A stretch of DNA of 64,000 bases from Antedon mediterranea (lineage: Eukaryota; Animalia; Echinodermata), in NCBI RefSeq assembly GCF_964355755.1, contig NC_092677.1, positions 12,918,101-12,982,100 on the forward strand, written 5' to 3'. Below the pieces are notes generated by a model. The model was not told where the DNA came from. It worked only from the letters and a program-made list of their open reading frames with translations, and made no database searches. A program made the translations under genes and the position numbers. Positions 53,173-64,000 of this stretch are shown piece by piece; within the stretch, counting starts at the first letter, position 1, and every line of letters begins with the position of its first letter.

Positions 53173-56100
53173 TAAGTGTACACCTTTGGGACCCAACAAA
53201 GTTCCCCCTGTAAAGCAACTTACATTAGAGCCCCTTAAGTGTACACCTTTGGGATCCAACAAAGTTCCCCTGTAAAGCAACTTACATTAGAGCCCCTTAA
53301 GTGTACACATTTGGAACCCAACAAAGTTCCCCCTGTAAAGCAACTTACATTAGAGCCCCTTAAGTGTACACCTTTGGAACCCAACAAAGTTCCCCTGTAA
53401 AGCAACTTACATTAGAGCCCCTTAAGTGTACACCTTTGGAACCCAACAAAGTTCCCCCTGTAAAGCAACTTACATTAGAGCCCCTTAAGTGTACACCTTT
53501 GGAACCCAACAAAGTTCCCCCTGTAAAGCAACTTACATTAGAGCCCCTTAAGTGTACACCTTTGGGACCCAACAAAGTTCCCCCTGTAAAGCAACTTACA
53601 TTAGAGCCCCTTAAGTGTACACCTTTGGAACCCAACAAAGTTCCCCCTGTAAAGCAACTTACATTAGAGCCCCTTAAGTGTACACCTTTGGAACCCAAAA
53701 AAGTTCCCCCTGTAAAGCAACTTACATTAGAGCCCCTTAAGTGTACACATTTGGAACCCAACAAAGTTCCCCCTGTAAAGCAACTTACATTAGAGCCCCT
53801 TAAGTGGACACCTTTGGAACCCAACAAAGTTCCCCCTGTAAAGCAACTTACATTAGAGCCCCTTAAGTGTACACCTTTGGGACCCAACAAAGTTCCCCCT
53901 GTAAAGCAACTTACATTAGAGCCCCTTAAGTGTACACCTTTGGAACCCAACAAAGTTCCCCCTGTAAAGCAACTTACATTAGAGCCCCTTAAGTGTACAC
54001 CTTTGGAACCCAACAAAGTTCCCCCTGTAAAGCAACTTACATTAGAGCCCCTTAAGTGTACACCTTTGGAACCCAACAAAGTTCCCCCTGTAAAGCAACT
54101 TACATTAGAGCCCCTTAAGTGTACACCTTTGGAACCCAACAAAGTTCCCCCTGTAAAGCAACTTACATTAGAGCCCCTTAAGTGTACACCTTTGGAACCC
54201 AACAAAGTTCCCCCTGTAAAGCAACTTACATTAGAGCCCCTTAAGTGTACACATTTGGAACCCAACAAAGTTCCCCCTGTAAAGCAACTTACATTAGAGC
54301 CCCTTAAGTGGACACCTTTGGAACCCAACAAAGTTCCCCCTGTAAAGCAACTTACATTAGAGCCCCTTAAGTGTACACCTTTGGGACCCAACAAAGTTCC
54401 CCCTGTAAAGCAACTTACATTAGAGCCCCTTAAGTGTACACCTTTGGAACCCAACAAAGTTCCCCCTGTAAAGCAACTTACATTAGAGCCCCTTAAGTGT
54501 ACACCTTTGGGACCCAACAAAGTTCCCCCTGTAAAGCAACTTACATTAGAGCCCCTTAAGTGTACACCTTTGGAACCCAACAAAGTTCCCCCTGTAAAGC
54601 AACTTACATTAGAGCCCCTTAAGTGTACACCTTTGGAACCCAAAAAAGTTCCCCCTGTAAAGCAACTTACATTAGAGCCCCTTAAGTGTACACATTTGGA
54701 ACCCAACAAAGTTCCCCCTGTAAAGCAACTTACATTAGAGCCCCTTAAGTGTACACCTTTGGGACCCAACAAAGTTCCCCCTGTAAAGCAACTTACATTA
54801 GAGCCCCTTAAGTGTACACCTTTGGAACCCAACAAAGTTCCCCCTGTAAAGCAACTTACATTAGAGCCCCTTAAGTGTACACCTTTGGAACCCAACAAAG
54901 TTCCCCCTGTAAAGCAACTTACATTAGAGCCCCTTAAGTGTACACATTTGGAACCCAACAAAGTTCCCCCTGTAAAGCAACTTACATTAGAGCCCCTTAA
55001 GTGTACACCTTTGGAACCCAACAAAGTTCCCCCTGTAAAGCAACTTACATTAGAGCCCCTTAAGTGTACACATTTGGAACCCAACAAAGTTCCCCCTGTA
55101 AAGCAACTTACATTAGAGCCCCTTAAGTGTACACCTTTGGGACCCAACAAAGTTCCCCCTGTAAAGCAACTTACATTAGAGCCCCTTAAGTGTACACCTT
55201 TGGAACCCAACAAAGTTCCCCCTGTAAAGCAACTTACATTAGAGCCCCTTAAGTGTACACATTTGGAACCCAACAAAGTTCCCCCTGTAAAGCAACTTAC
55301 ATTAGAGCCCCTTAAGTGTACACCTTTGGAACCCAACAAAGTTCCCCCTGTAAAGCAACTTACATTAGAGCCCCTTAAGTGTACACATTTGGAACCCAAC
55401 AAAGTTCCCCTGTAAAGCAACTTACATTAGAGCCCCTTAAGTGTACACCTTTGGGACCCAACAAAGTTCCCCTGTAAAGCAACTTACATTAGAGCCCCTT
55501 AAGTGTACACCTTTGGAACCCAACAAAGTTCCCCCTGTAAAGCAACTTACATTAGAGCCCCTTAAGTGTACACCTTTGGAACCCAACAAAGTTCCCCCTG
55601 TAAAGCAACTTACATTAGAGCCCCTTAAGTGTACACCTTTGGAACCCAACAAAGTTCCCCTGTAAAGCAACTTACATTAGAGCCCCTTAAGTGTACACCT
55701 TTGGAACCCAACAAAGTTCCCCCTGTAAAGCAACTTACATTAGAGCCCCTTAAGTGTACACCTTTGGAACCCAACAAAGTTCCCCCTGTAAAGCAACTTA
55801 CATTAGAGCCCCTTAAGTGTACACCTTTGGAACCCAACAAAGTTCCCCCTGTAAAGCAACTTACATTAGAGCCCCTTAAGTGTACACCTTTGGAACCCAA
55901 CAAAGTTCCCCCTGTAAAGCAACTTACATTAGAGCCCCTTAAGTGTACACCTTTGGAACCCAACAAAGTTCCCCCTGTAAAGCAACTTACATTAGAGCCC
56001 CTTAAGTGTACACCTTTGGAACCCAACAAAGTTCCCCCTGTAAAGCAACTTACATTAGAGCCCCTTAAGTGTACACCTTTGGAACCCAACAAAGTTCCCC

Positions 56101-57795
56101 CTGTAAAGCAACTTACATTAGAGCCCCTTAAGTGTACACCTTTGGGACCCAACAAAGTTCCCCCTGTAAAGCAACTTACATTAGAGCCCCTTAAGTGTAC
56201 ACCTTTGGAACCCAACAAAGTTCCCCCTGTAAAGCAACTTACATTAGAGCCCCTTAAGTGTACACCTTTGGAACCCAACAAAGTTCCCCCTGTAAAGCAA
56301 CTTACATTAGAGCCCCTTAAGTGTACACCTTTGGAACCCAACAAAGTTCCCCCTGTAAAGCAACTTACATTAGAGCCCCTTAAGTGTACACCTTTGGAAC
56401 CCAACAAAGTTCCCCCTGTAAAGCAACTTACATTAGAGCCCCTTAAGTGTACACCTTTGGAACCCAACAAAGTTCCCCCTGTAAAGCAACTTACATTAGA
56501 GCCCCTTAAGTGTACACCTTTGGGACCCAACAAAGTTCCCCCTGTAAAGCAACTTACATTAGAGCCCCTTAAGTGTACACCTTTGGAACCCAACAAAGTT
56601 CCCCCTGTAAAGCAACTTACATTAGAGCCCCTTAAGTGTACACCTTTGGAACCCAACAAAGTTCCCCCTGTAAAGCAACTTACATTAGAGCCCCTTAAGT
56701 GTACACCTTTGGAACCCAACAAAGTTCCCCCTGTAAAGCAACTTACATTAGAGCCCCTTAAGTGTACACCTTTGGAACCCAACAAAGTTCCCCCTGTAAA
56801 GCAACTTACATTAGAGCCCCTTAAGTGTACACCTTTGGAACCCAAAAAAGTTCCCCCTGTAAAGCAACTTACATTAGAGCCCCTTAAGTGTACACATTTG
56901 GAACCCAACAAAGTTCCCCCTGTAAAGCAACTTACATTAGAGCCCCTTAAGTGTACACCTTTGGGATCCAACAAAGTTCCCCTGTAAAGCAACTTACATT
57001 AGAGCCCCTTAAGTGTACACCTTTGGAACCCAACAAAGTTCCCCCTGTAAAGCAACTTACATTAGAGCCCCTTAAGTGTACACCTTTGGAACCCAACAAA
57101 GTTCCCCCTGTAAAGCAACTTACATTAGAGCCCCTTAAGTGTACACCTTTGGAACCCAACAAAGTTCCCCCTGTAAAGCAACTTACATTAGAGCCCCTTA
57201 AGTGTACACCTTTGGAACCCAAAAAAGTTCCCCCTGTAAAGCAACTTACATTAGAGCCCCTTAAGTGTACACATTTGGAACCCAACAAAGTTCCCCCTGT
57301 AAAGCAACTTACATTAGAGCCCCTTAAGTGTACACCTTTGGGACCCAACAAAGTTCCCCTGTAAAGCAACTTACATTAGAGCCCCTTAAGTGTACACCTT
57401 TGGAACCCAACAAAGTTCCCCCTGTAAAGCAACTTACATTAGAGCCCCTTAAGTGGACACATTTGGAACCCAACAAAGTTCCCCCTGTAAAGCAACTTAC
57501 ATTAGAGCCCCTTAAGTGTACACCTTTGGGACCCAACAAAGTTCCCCCTGTAAAGCAACTTACATTAGAGCCCCTTAAGTGTACACATTTGGAACCCAAC
57601 AAAGTTCCCCCTGTAAAGCAACTTACATTAGAGCCCCTTAAGTGTACACCTTTGGAACCCAACAAAGTTCCCCCTGTAAAGCAACTTACATTAGAGCCCC
57701 TTAAGTGTACACCTTTGGGACCCAACAAAGTTCCCCCTGTAAAGCAACTTACATTAGAGCCCCTTAAGTGTACACCTTTGGAACCCAACAAAGTT
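53173..57795. repeat. 63-bp tandem array, about 73 highly homogeneous units
   Basis: Unit AAGTGTACACCTTTGGAACCCAACAAAGTTCCCCCTGTAAAGCAACTTACATTAGAGCCCCTT, with a few recurrent SNV and 1-bp indel variants. Confidence 0.98.
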
Positions 57796-59774
57796 GTCGC
57801 ATAAATAGGGGTTGGCCGTAGTGTTAAAAACATATTGCCTAAGTGCATTGATATCTACAGATTATTTTATTGTCTAAAGAATGTATTGCTATTTAATGAA
57901 TAAGAATGTGTGCATCACAAGACCTTTAAAAAGTATGGAGGTGATATATGTAACTGTATGCATCAATCCATTGTGAATAAGAATGTTTAAAAACCATAAA
58001 TCTCAATGGATCACATAACATTAAATTTTATCACGATGGTAGTATATATCACTAACTGGAGTATAATATACTTTCATAGCGCCATCTATGATGTTATACT
58101 TTCGTTAATAGATGTACAAAACCAAGTGACTTTATCAACATAAAAATAAAAGTTTCTTGACAAAGTATACCCACTTCAAGTGAAGGTCAAAGTGAGCTTC
58201 CTTTAGCGTCAGCTAGATAATTAAATTCCATTTTAATTGCTATTGCTATAGTAAGCTAGACATTGGTTACGTGTGTACAAAGGCTTATTTTGAAGGGGTC
58301 AGTACTAATCTGCATGAGAAGTCAGGAAGAAACCCAATCAAAGTATTTTCCTTTAACTAGTCACTCATTTCTAACCCTTTCTATTTGTTAACGCTTTAAC
58401 TAGCACCATATCAGATTCTGGCGGTTGATTATGTTCGTTAAGCCAACGTTTTTATTTTAATGATCCTCTTGCGTGTGATTTTATTTGTTTTTGTCCAAAA
58501 AAAATATGCGATTGCATTAAAATTACCCTGTTATCGCTTTAAAAGTTTATCCGCAAGTTTCAGTAATATTGTTTGATAAGTACTTTGATGATGGTACATC
58601 TAATTCCTCTACGTGAATCGTTGCCTTATTTGTTGACACCGTGGCACCCGTCCACTCGGATGTCGCCATGCCCAGCGCTTTGTCACATGTTTTCGATTGC
58701 TTCATAATTTGAAGTTGTTCACCATTTTTGTTCCGTCTCAGTTCCTGCCAACTCGTTGAGTGCTAAGTGACGTCATAGTGTTTGACTCATATTCCAAAAC
58801 CAAAGCGTGAATGGAGGATTGGATTCACTTAGCCCTGTTGTAAATACTCTGAAGTTTTCTGCATACCGCTTTTCCTACTGAACTTAACTGGTGCTGGAAG
58901 CTACTGGAAAATAGCCTCGGAGAATGTTTAGTTGCGTAATGATCACCATCTAAGGACGAGTATATGAGAGAGCGTTACCGAAGGAGAGAATCTGAAGGCC
59001 GGTAGAAAGTTTAGAATGCCCGGAAGCTGGCCTAGTGCATCACCATGATTTAGGATGTTTTAATCTATTTTGTCTAACGACCATACAAAATGTTTGTAAG
59101 TTCAGCCACATCCTTCCTTGTTTTGACAGGGTCTTTCTTGTGTTTGTCTAAGTGTATTAATTAGTCTAAAAATAAGTTGAGTTGCCAACTTGAAAATGTA
59201 AATTCAATGTATTTATTTACTAATTTATGGTAAATATCACCATGAAATGTTTCAGCATATGTATTTTGTTATTTGTCTTACTTGGCAACATATACTAAGT
59301 GAATTATTTTGAGAATTTTAATCAAATTGTTATTAATTCAAGTTATTGTCCTTGTTGTAAATTATCTTTGAGTCCAATGTTGCTTTTTTCATATTTCAGT
59401 TTTAGCAATGTATTATTATTATTATTACTAATAGTGTTATAAATAATTCTCATACTTTGTAGTCAATAATTGTTTTAATTGTATTGTTCTATTTATGAAA
59501 TTAATAAATTAATAAATTCAGCAGTTTGAAATGCTGTTATAAATGTATTTTAATCAAAATGATTTAAAATCCAATAATCCATTCAGGCAATTTCAATATA
59601 TTAAATATAGCATTTAGCAATGAATTTACAAGAACATTTTATGTAATTTTGAAATTGTAATGATCTATAAATAGATGCATGGAGGTTGAAACAGGGAAAA
59701 TGTTTGATAACATGCGGTTATTATTTGTCTATCTGACTCATATGTTAAGCACATTGCTCTAATTTTAAAATTAA

Positions 59775-60400
59775 AGACCCCTTCCCTGCAATTTTGGACG
59801 TTTTTTGGAAAATAATACATATATATCACTTTAAAAACATTAAACCATGTCATTCCTTGTCTTAAATGTACGTTTTATGGTAAATTATGATAAAAAGTGA
59901 GAAACAATGCACTACCTAAGTAGCTCACGGCGATCGACCTCTCGTGGACGGTCTTAGGCCTAGCCTAGCTAGGCTTAGTTTTGTAGGCCTAGCTGGTAAA
60001 CATTGGTAACGTACGAACATCGTAAGCGAGCTATATACCTAGCCTGACGTTGTATAGTTGCTGCATTAATTGTCTTTCTATTTTTGCCAGACTCCGTTGA
60101 TACAAATTGGGGAAAACCCGGTATTTTCGCTGAAAAGTTAGGAGTCTTCCATTTGTTTTGGCCTCACGATCGATCGAAAAGTGGGCGAATTACAGGTGAA
60201 AAACAAAAATATCAATCCGCGCGCAATGCATTTTGGGATTTATAGCGGGCCGCTATAATGATTAGAATCGACTTATTTTTCACATTTTTAACCGTTTAAA
60301 GACGAAAAAAGTTATCGCAATAGGACCATATAGTATTATTTTTACATTAAATATAGTTTTTGATCTTAAATTAGATCTAAAAAATGTAGGGAATGGGGCT
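59775..60400 (+). mobile_element. Non-autonomous Kolobok-type DNA transposon, second copy
   Basis: TTAA|AGACCCCTTCCCTGCA ... TGTAGGGAATGGGGCT|TTAA; near-identical to 15086-15712. Confidence 0.85.
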
Positions 60401-60465
60401 TTAATGAATCCTCATTAATAATTTCTGAAGATAAAGAACACAGATATAGAATGTAGTAGTCCTAA

Positions 60466-60553
60466 GGTCTTTCCACACTATCAAACTAGTTTGACAAAAA
60501 ATGTGTGATGTGCCTAAATATGGTAGTGATATGATGTCATTGGGCACATCACA
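60466..60553. mobile_element. Truncated Harbinger-type MITE family A
   Basis: CACACTATCAAACTAGTTTGACAAAAAA..ATATGGTAGTGATATGA. Confidence 0.65.
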
Positions 60554-60575
60554 AAGAATTTGGCATTGTATAATC

Positions 60576-60690
60576 ATTACCCTCCGCCAAGGAGGTATAT
60601 GTAATCGATCGCATGTGTTTGTTTGTTAGCAGGATTACGTAAAAAGTAATTACAAGATCTTTACCAAAATGAATACAGATATATATATAT
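60576..60690 (+). mobile_element. Possible Helentron/HINE (DINE-1-like) 5' fragment
   Basis: ATTACCCTCCGCCAAGGAGGTA stem-loop followed by a TGTT microsatellite and AGCAGGATTAC; architecture recalled from HINE-like repeats. Confidence 0.4.
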
Positions 60691-62371
60691 TCCATTAAAT
60701 TTTGGGACCACGGTTCCAATTCTGGACCACTTTTTTGTATACTTTTGAGACCTAATAGTGTTTTAAAGATAGGACAGATTTTTTCAAAAGCCGGCGAGCA
60801 GTCTTAAAGTAACAAGTAAACTGAAATTTTCTCTAGAACTACTTGTCCGAAAAACTTCATTTTCTAGTTCTAGTTGTAATGATTTGTAAAATGAAGGAGA
60901 TGGAAGGATCTACTTTTTCCCTTCATGTCCATGCACAGTAACTAACATTTCTAATATCAATATTGATCAAATTTTCATACTGTATCTGTTGGACATTTGC
61001 TGTTTCCACAAAACGACAAAAGGAATAATCCATTTGACAGCAAAGTTTCAAGGGATTTTACCAACTGGGCGCAGTTTCAGCTGAACACTATTACTGAGAG
61101 ATTGGGTTCAAATCACTAAGGGGTTATACTTATAAAATTTGTTTATAAATAATGATTGTAATTTAATTGTTTTAAAATGTTACAAGAAAACTATGTTGCA
61201 TGAATAATTTGACCTAGTTTTTTACAAGCCACTGTTTTTAAAAAATGAATAAAAATAACTAAAACTAATACTGTGAAGACTTTTTACACTCAGTTTCGAG
61301 AGAAACTTTATAGCCTATTTTTACTTACTGATGAAATTATTTCATTTAAGTAATTGGGAGCAGCTGTTTAGTGTCTATTCACCTGCCTTTCTTTTCTTTC
61401 TGTTGTGTGAAGCTCAATAAATAAATAAATAAAACTTTTTCACAAAGATTATTATACAGTTTGCAAATTTGATGTTAGTTAGGAACACTAGTATAATTTA
61501 ACATAACAGATATTCTGAACTTTTATATATTTGAATGTGTTTTGAGATTCAGTTCAATTGGGCATCATCAGTATAATGAAGTCCTCTGGGATCACTGTGC
61601 CAGGCTGTGATCGCCGATGTATAGCGATTTAATCTAATAACTACTATCATTCTAGGTAAAGCTATGGTCCCTGTAAAAAAATAACAATTTTGGGACTAAT
61701 GCCAGATAAGTCAATTGACTATATTCATATTTTTAGGATGACTGTGATTGGGATTCCCCACCCTTTGGGATTCCGCGCCCTTTGGGATTCTGATCCCTGC
61801 TGGGATTTTTCCCCCTTTCAAGGTGACTGTACGCTATCTGGTTTATTTAAATGGTCACATTTCTTACTTATGTTTATTTTTCAAGCTAAAACTTTCTTTC
61901 AATTGAAATCAAACCCGACAATTGATATTCTATTGACATATAGTATGCTATGTCAAATGTTAACAGCATATAAGAGCTCCTTTCAGAAGAAAAAAAGGAC
62001 TGGAGAGACTCCCACCCCTAGGCTTAGTATCATGTTGATGTGACATGTAGTGCTTTGGAAAAAGAGTTGACAATCATTGTGATAAACAATATGACTCTGG
62101 AATTGGGAAATGCAATCATTTGAAGTCCAAAGTTAATTAGCAGTACTAATTAAAACTTTACTAACTACATCATTAGTAACACTCTGTTAATTAGGATGAA
62201 CACTATTTTAAGTTGTTGGTACCGTTTAATATTTTGGCCTGTTAGTAGCTGACTAAATAACATTAAAAACTATATATACTGTATTATTTGAAATTATAAG
62301 CAAAAATTATAAATATTTTCTGAAAAAGTTAACCTGCATTTGAGAGTAATACATTTCTCCTTATTTTACAG

Positions 62372-62698
62372 GAAAGAGTAAAATCACGAACAAGGAATTT
62401 CTTCCGTCACTTTTCCCGTCAGTTTACTGTCCGCCATTCCAATGCAACATACGTTGAGCAGCAGCAGCAGCAGCAGCCGCCTTCATTGCAAAAGACACCT
62501 AGGAGACGACCACAGTCGCTCTTTTTTGTGGCTTCACCGAGCATCGAGGAAGAATGGGAGAAAGGCGATGAATTGTTGGATTTGCTCATCACCGAAGGAA
62601 AGTTGACAAAGGAAGATAAGAGAGAACTGCAGCAGAAGTTCTCGGATAATTATAAAACAGGAGATGCACAGCGTATGATTTTAGGAAACCTAGTAAAG
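62372..62698 (+). CDS. Internal coding exon of the unidentified + strand gene (continues beyond the window)
   Basis: Acceptor TTATTTTACAG|, 109 open codons (ERVKSRTRNFFRHFSRQFT..QQQQQQPPS..RRRPQSLFF..LLDLLITEGKLTKEDKRELQQKF..LVK), donor AAG|GTGAGA; phase 0 at both ends. Confidence 0.75.
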
Positions 62699-62779
62699 GT
62701 GAGAAAAGTCTAGATTGAGAGAGTTTCTTGGCTGAGATAAAACCCTGCTCATATAAATGATTTGTGCATTAAATTCATA

Positions 62780-63235
62780 TTCTCTTCCCTTTCCCCGATC
62801 CCCTTCTTTCATTTCTCTGATCCCCTCCCCCCCCCCCTCCTTCATCCTCCTTCTCCCCTTTCTTGGTCCCCTTATTCCCTTCCCCAATCTCGTTCCCTTA
62901 ACCCGATCCCCTTCTCCCTTCTTCCCTTTCCCCTTTTCCAGATCCCCCTTCTTCCCTTTCACCAATCATCCTTCTTTCCTTTCCCCGATCTTCCCTATCT
63001 GTTTCCTTATTTGTTTTTAGTTCATTTCCAGCAAAAAGCATGTGCTCCAAGCTATTTCCCATTCTTTTCCTTCTCTAGTCCATTCCTCTTCTCCCCTTTC
63101 CTCATTTGTCTTTAGTTCATTCGCATACACTAATAGTAGAAACTATAATAAAGGACAGGTTAAAAGCATGTTCTCCAAGCACTATCTCCCTCCCCCTTCT
63201 CCCCATCTTTTTTTCCTCATTTATCTTTTGTCCAT
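62780..63235. repeat. Polypyrimidine low-complexity tract
   Basis: CT-rich runs (TCCCC, TTCCC) over about 450 bp. Confidence 0.8.
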
Positions 63236-64000
63236 CCACTTAGACAAATAGCAGAAACTGTCAATGATAGGTTAATATACTTTAAAAAGTGAAAGAATTT
63301 CATAGGATTAACACCAAAAGCCTATAAGATAGTCCAATTCTAGTCTAATTTAATTATTTTTTTACATAGAGTTAAGGACTCATACCGATTGTAATTAAAA
63401 GTCTGATGAGATTGAAAAAAAAGAATCATGATTTTACTGATTTTTATTGACGCCATGTGCTTTGATAATTTTTGATTATTATATTTTTGCTGTCATCATA
63501 GTCGTGAAATTTTATATGATAAAAATGAATAAATCGAAAGATTTTGAAAATATCTTGGGCCAGGTGCCAATACTGAAAATTTGCTTTTCGCATCAAATTT
63601 AGATTGTGTGGAAAGTGAATTGTTTTACAATAAATTTAATGGCATTTAATGGCATTTAAAGGTAGTATTTAGAGTCAACTCTCTACAAATTTGGGAAAAT
63701 CAAAAAAAAAAAGACAAATTTATGTAAAACAAGGCATTGTTCAACAGATAAAAGTATTTTTGTGCCTAGCTTTAATACCTGGATAGCCCATGCTCTCCAA
63801 AGAGGGAGTCATGGTATAAACAGATATATTCACTAACTGGAAATTCTGGGCCATCTTCATGGTGTCTGGACAGTGGAACCAGAATTATGATCTAAATATT
63901 TTATTAGATAATTAGATATTTAAATATTAGTACTGTATATGAGTGCCTGAGTACCCACTGATATGTATTTACGGAAGGTCTGGGACTGGGCTAAAGCTCT

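Noticed and set aside
53173-57795. CRISPR-like array
   Set aside because: Units are head-to-tail identical with no unique spacers, no cas genes are present, and the context is eukaryotic.
53360-57848. Long repetitive ORFs on both strands (up to 686 aa)
   Set aside because: Artefact of a 63-bp unit lacking stops in one frame per strand. One-bp deletions break the frames repeatedly, starts are non-ATG and no splice sites are evident.
62690-63251. Pro/Phe/Ser-rich and Gly/Lys-rich ORFs
   Set aside because: Translations of the low-complexity CT tract.

Overview
AT-rich (about 30% GC by eye) animal genomic DNA with GT-AG spliceosomal introns. An invertebrate deuterostome such as an echinoderm is my inference, from the Deu-like SINE core and the gene content. 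Genes: the 3' five exons of a WDR88-like WD40 gene (+); a four-exon signal peptide-CUB-LDLa-TM gene (+); a three-exon ubiquitin-like/ankyrin ANKUB1-like gene (-); a complete 20-exon MARCHF6 (TEB4/Doa10) E3 ligase (-) with one U12-type intron; and an unidentified divergent + strand gene. That last gene has a putative first coding exon at 28.2 kb, a frame-compatible exon at 62.4 kb and candidate alternative first exons between them. Non-coding DNA is dense with non-autonomous elements: about 13 Harbinger-type MITE copies, a nested MITE, two near-identical Kolobok-type elements, hAT and Tigger-like MITEs, and Deu-core tRNA SINEs. It also holds two Penelope-type minimal hammerhead relics, a scrambled Gypsy insertion flanked by a 45-bp duplication, and a 4.6-kb 63-bp tandem array ending in a CACTA-type terminus. 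No CRISPR, rRNA or bona fide tRNA genes were seen. All calls are from reading the sequence; no searches were run.
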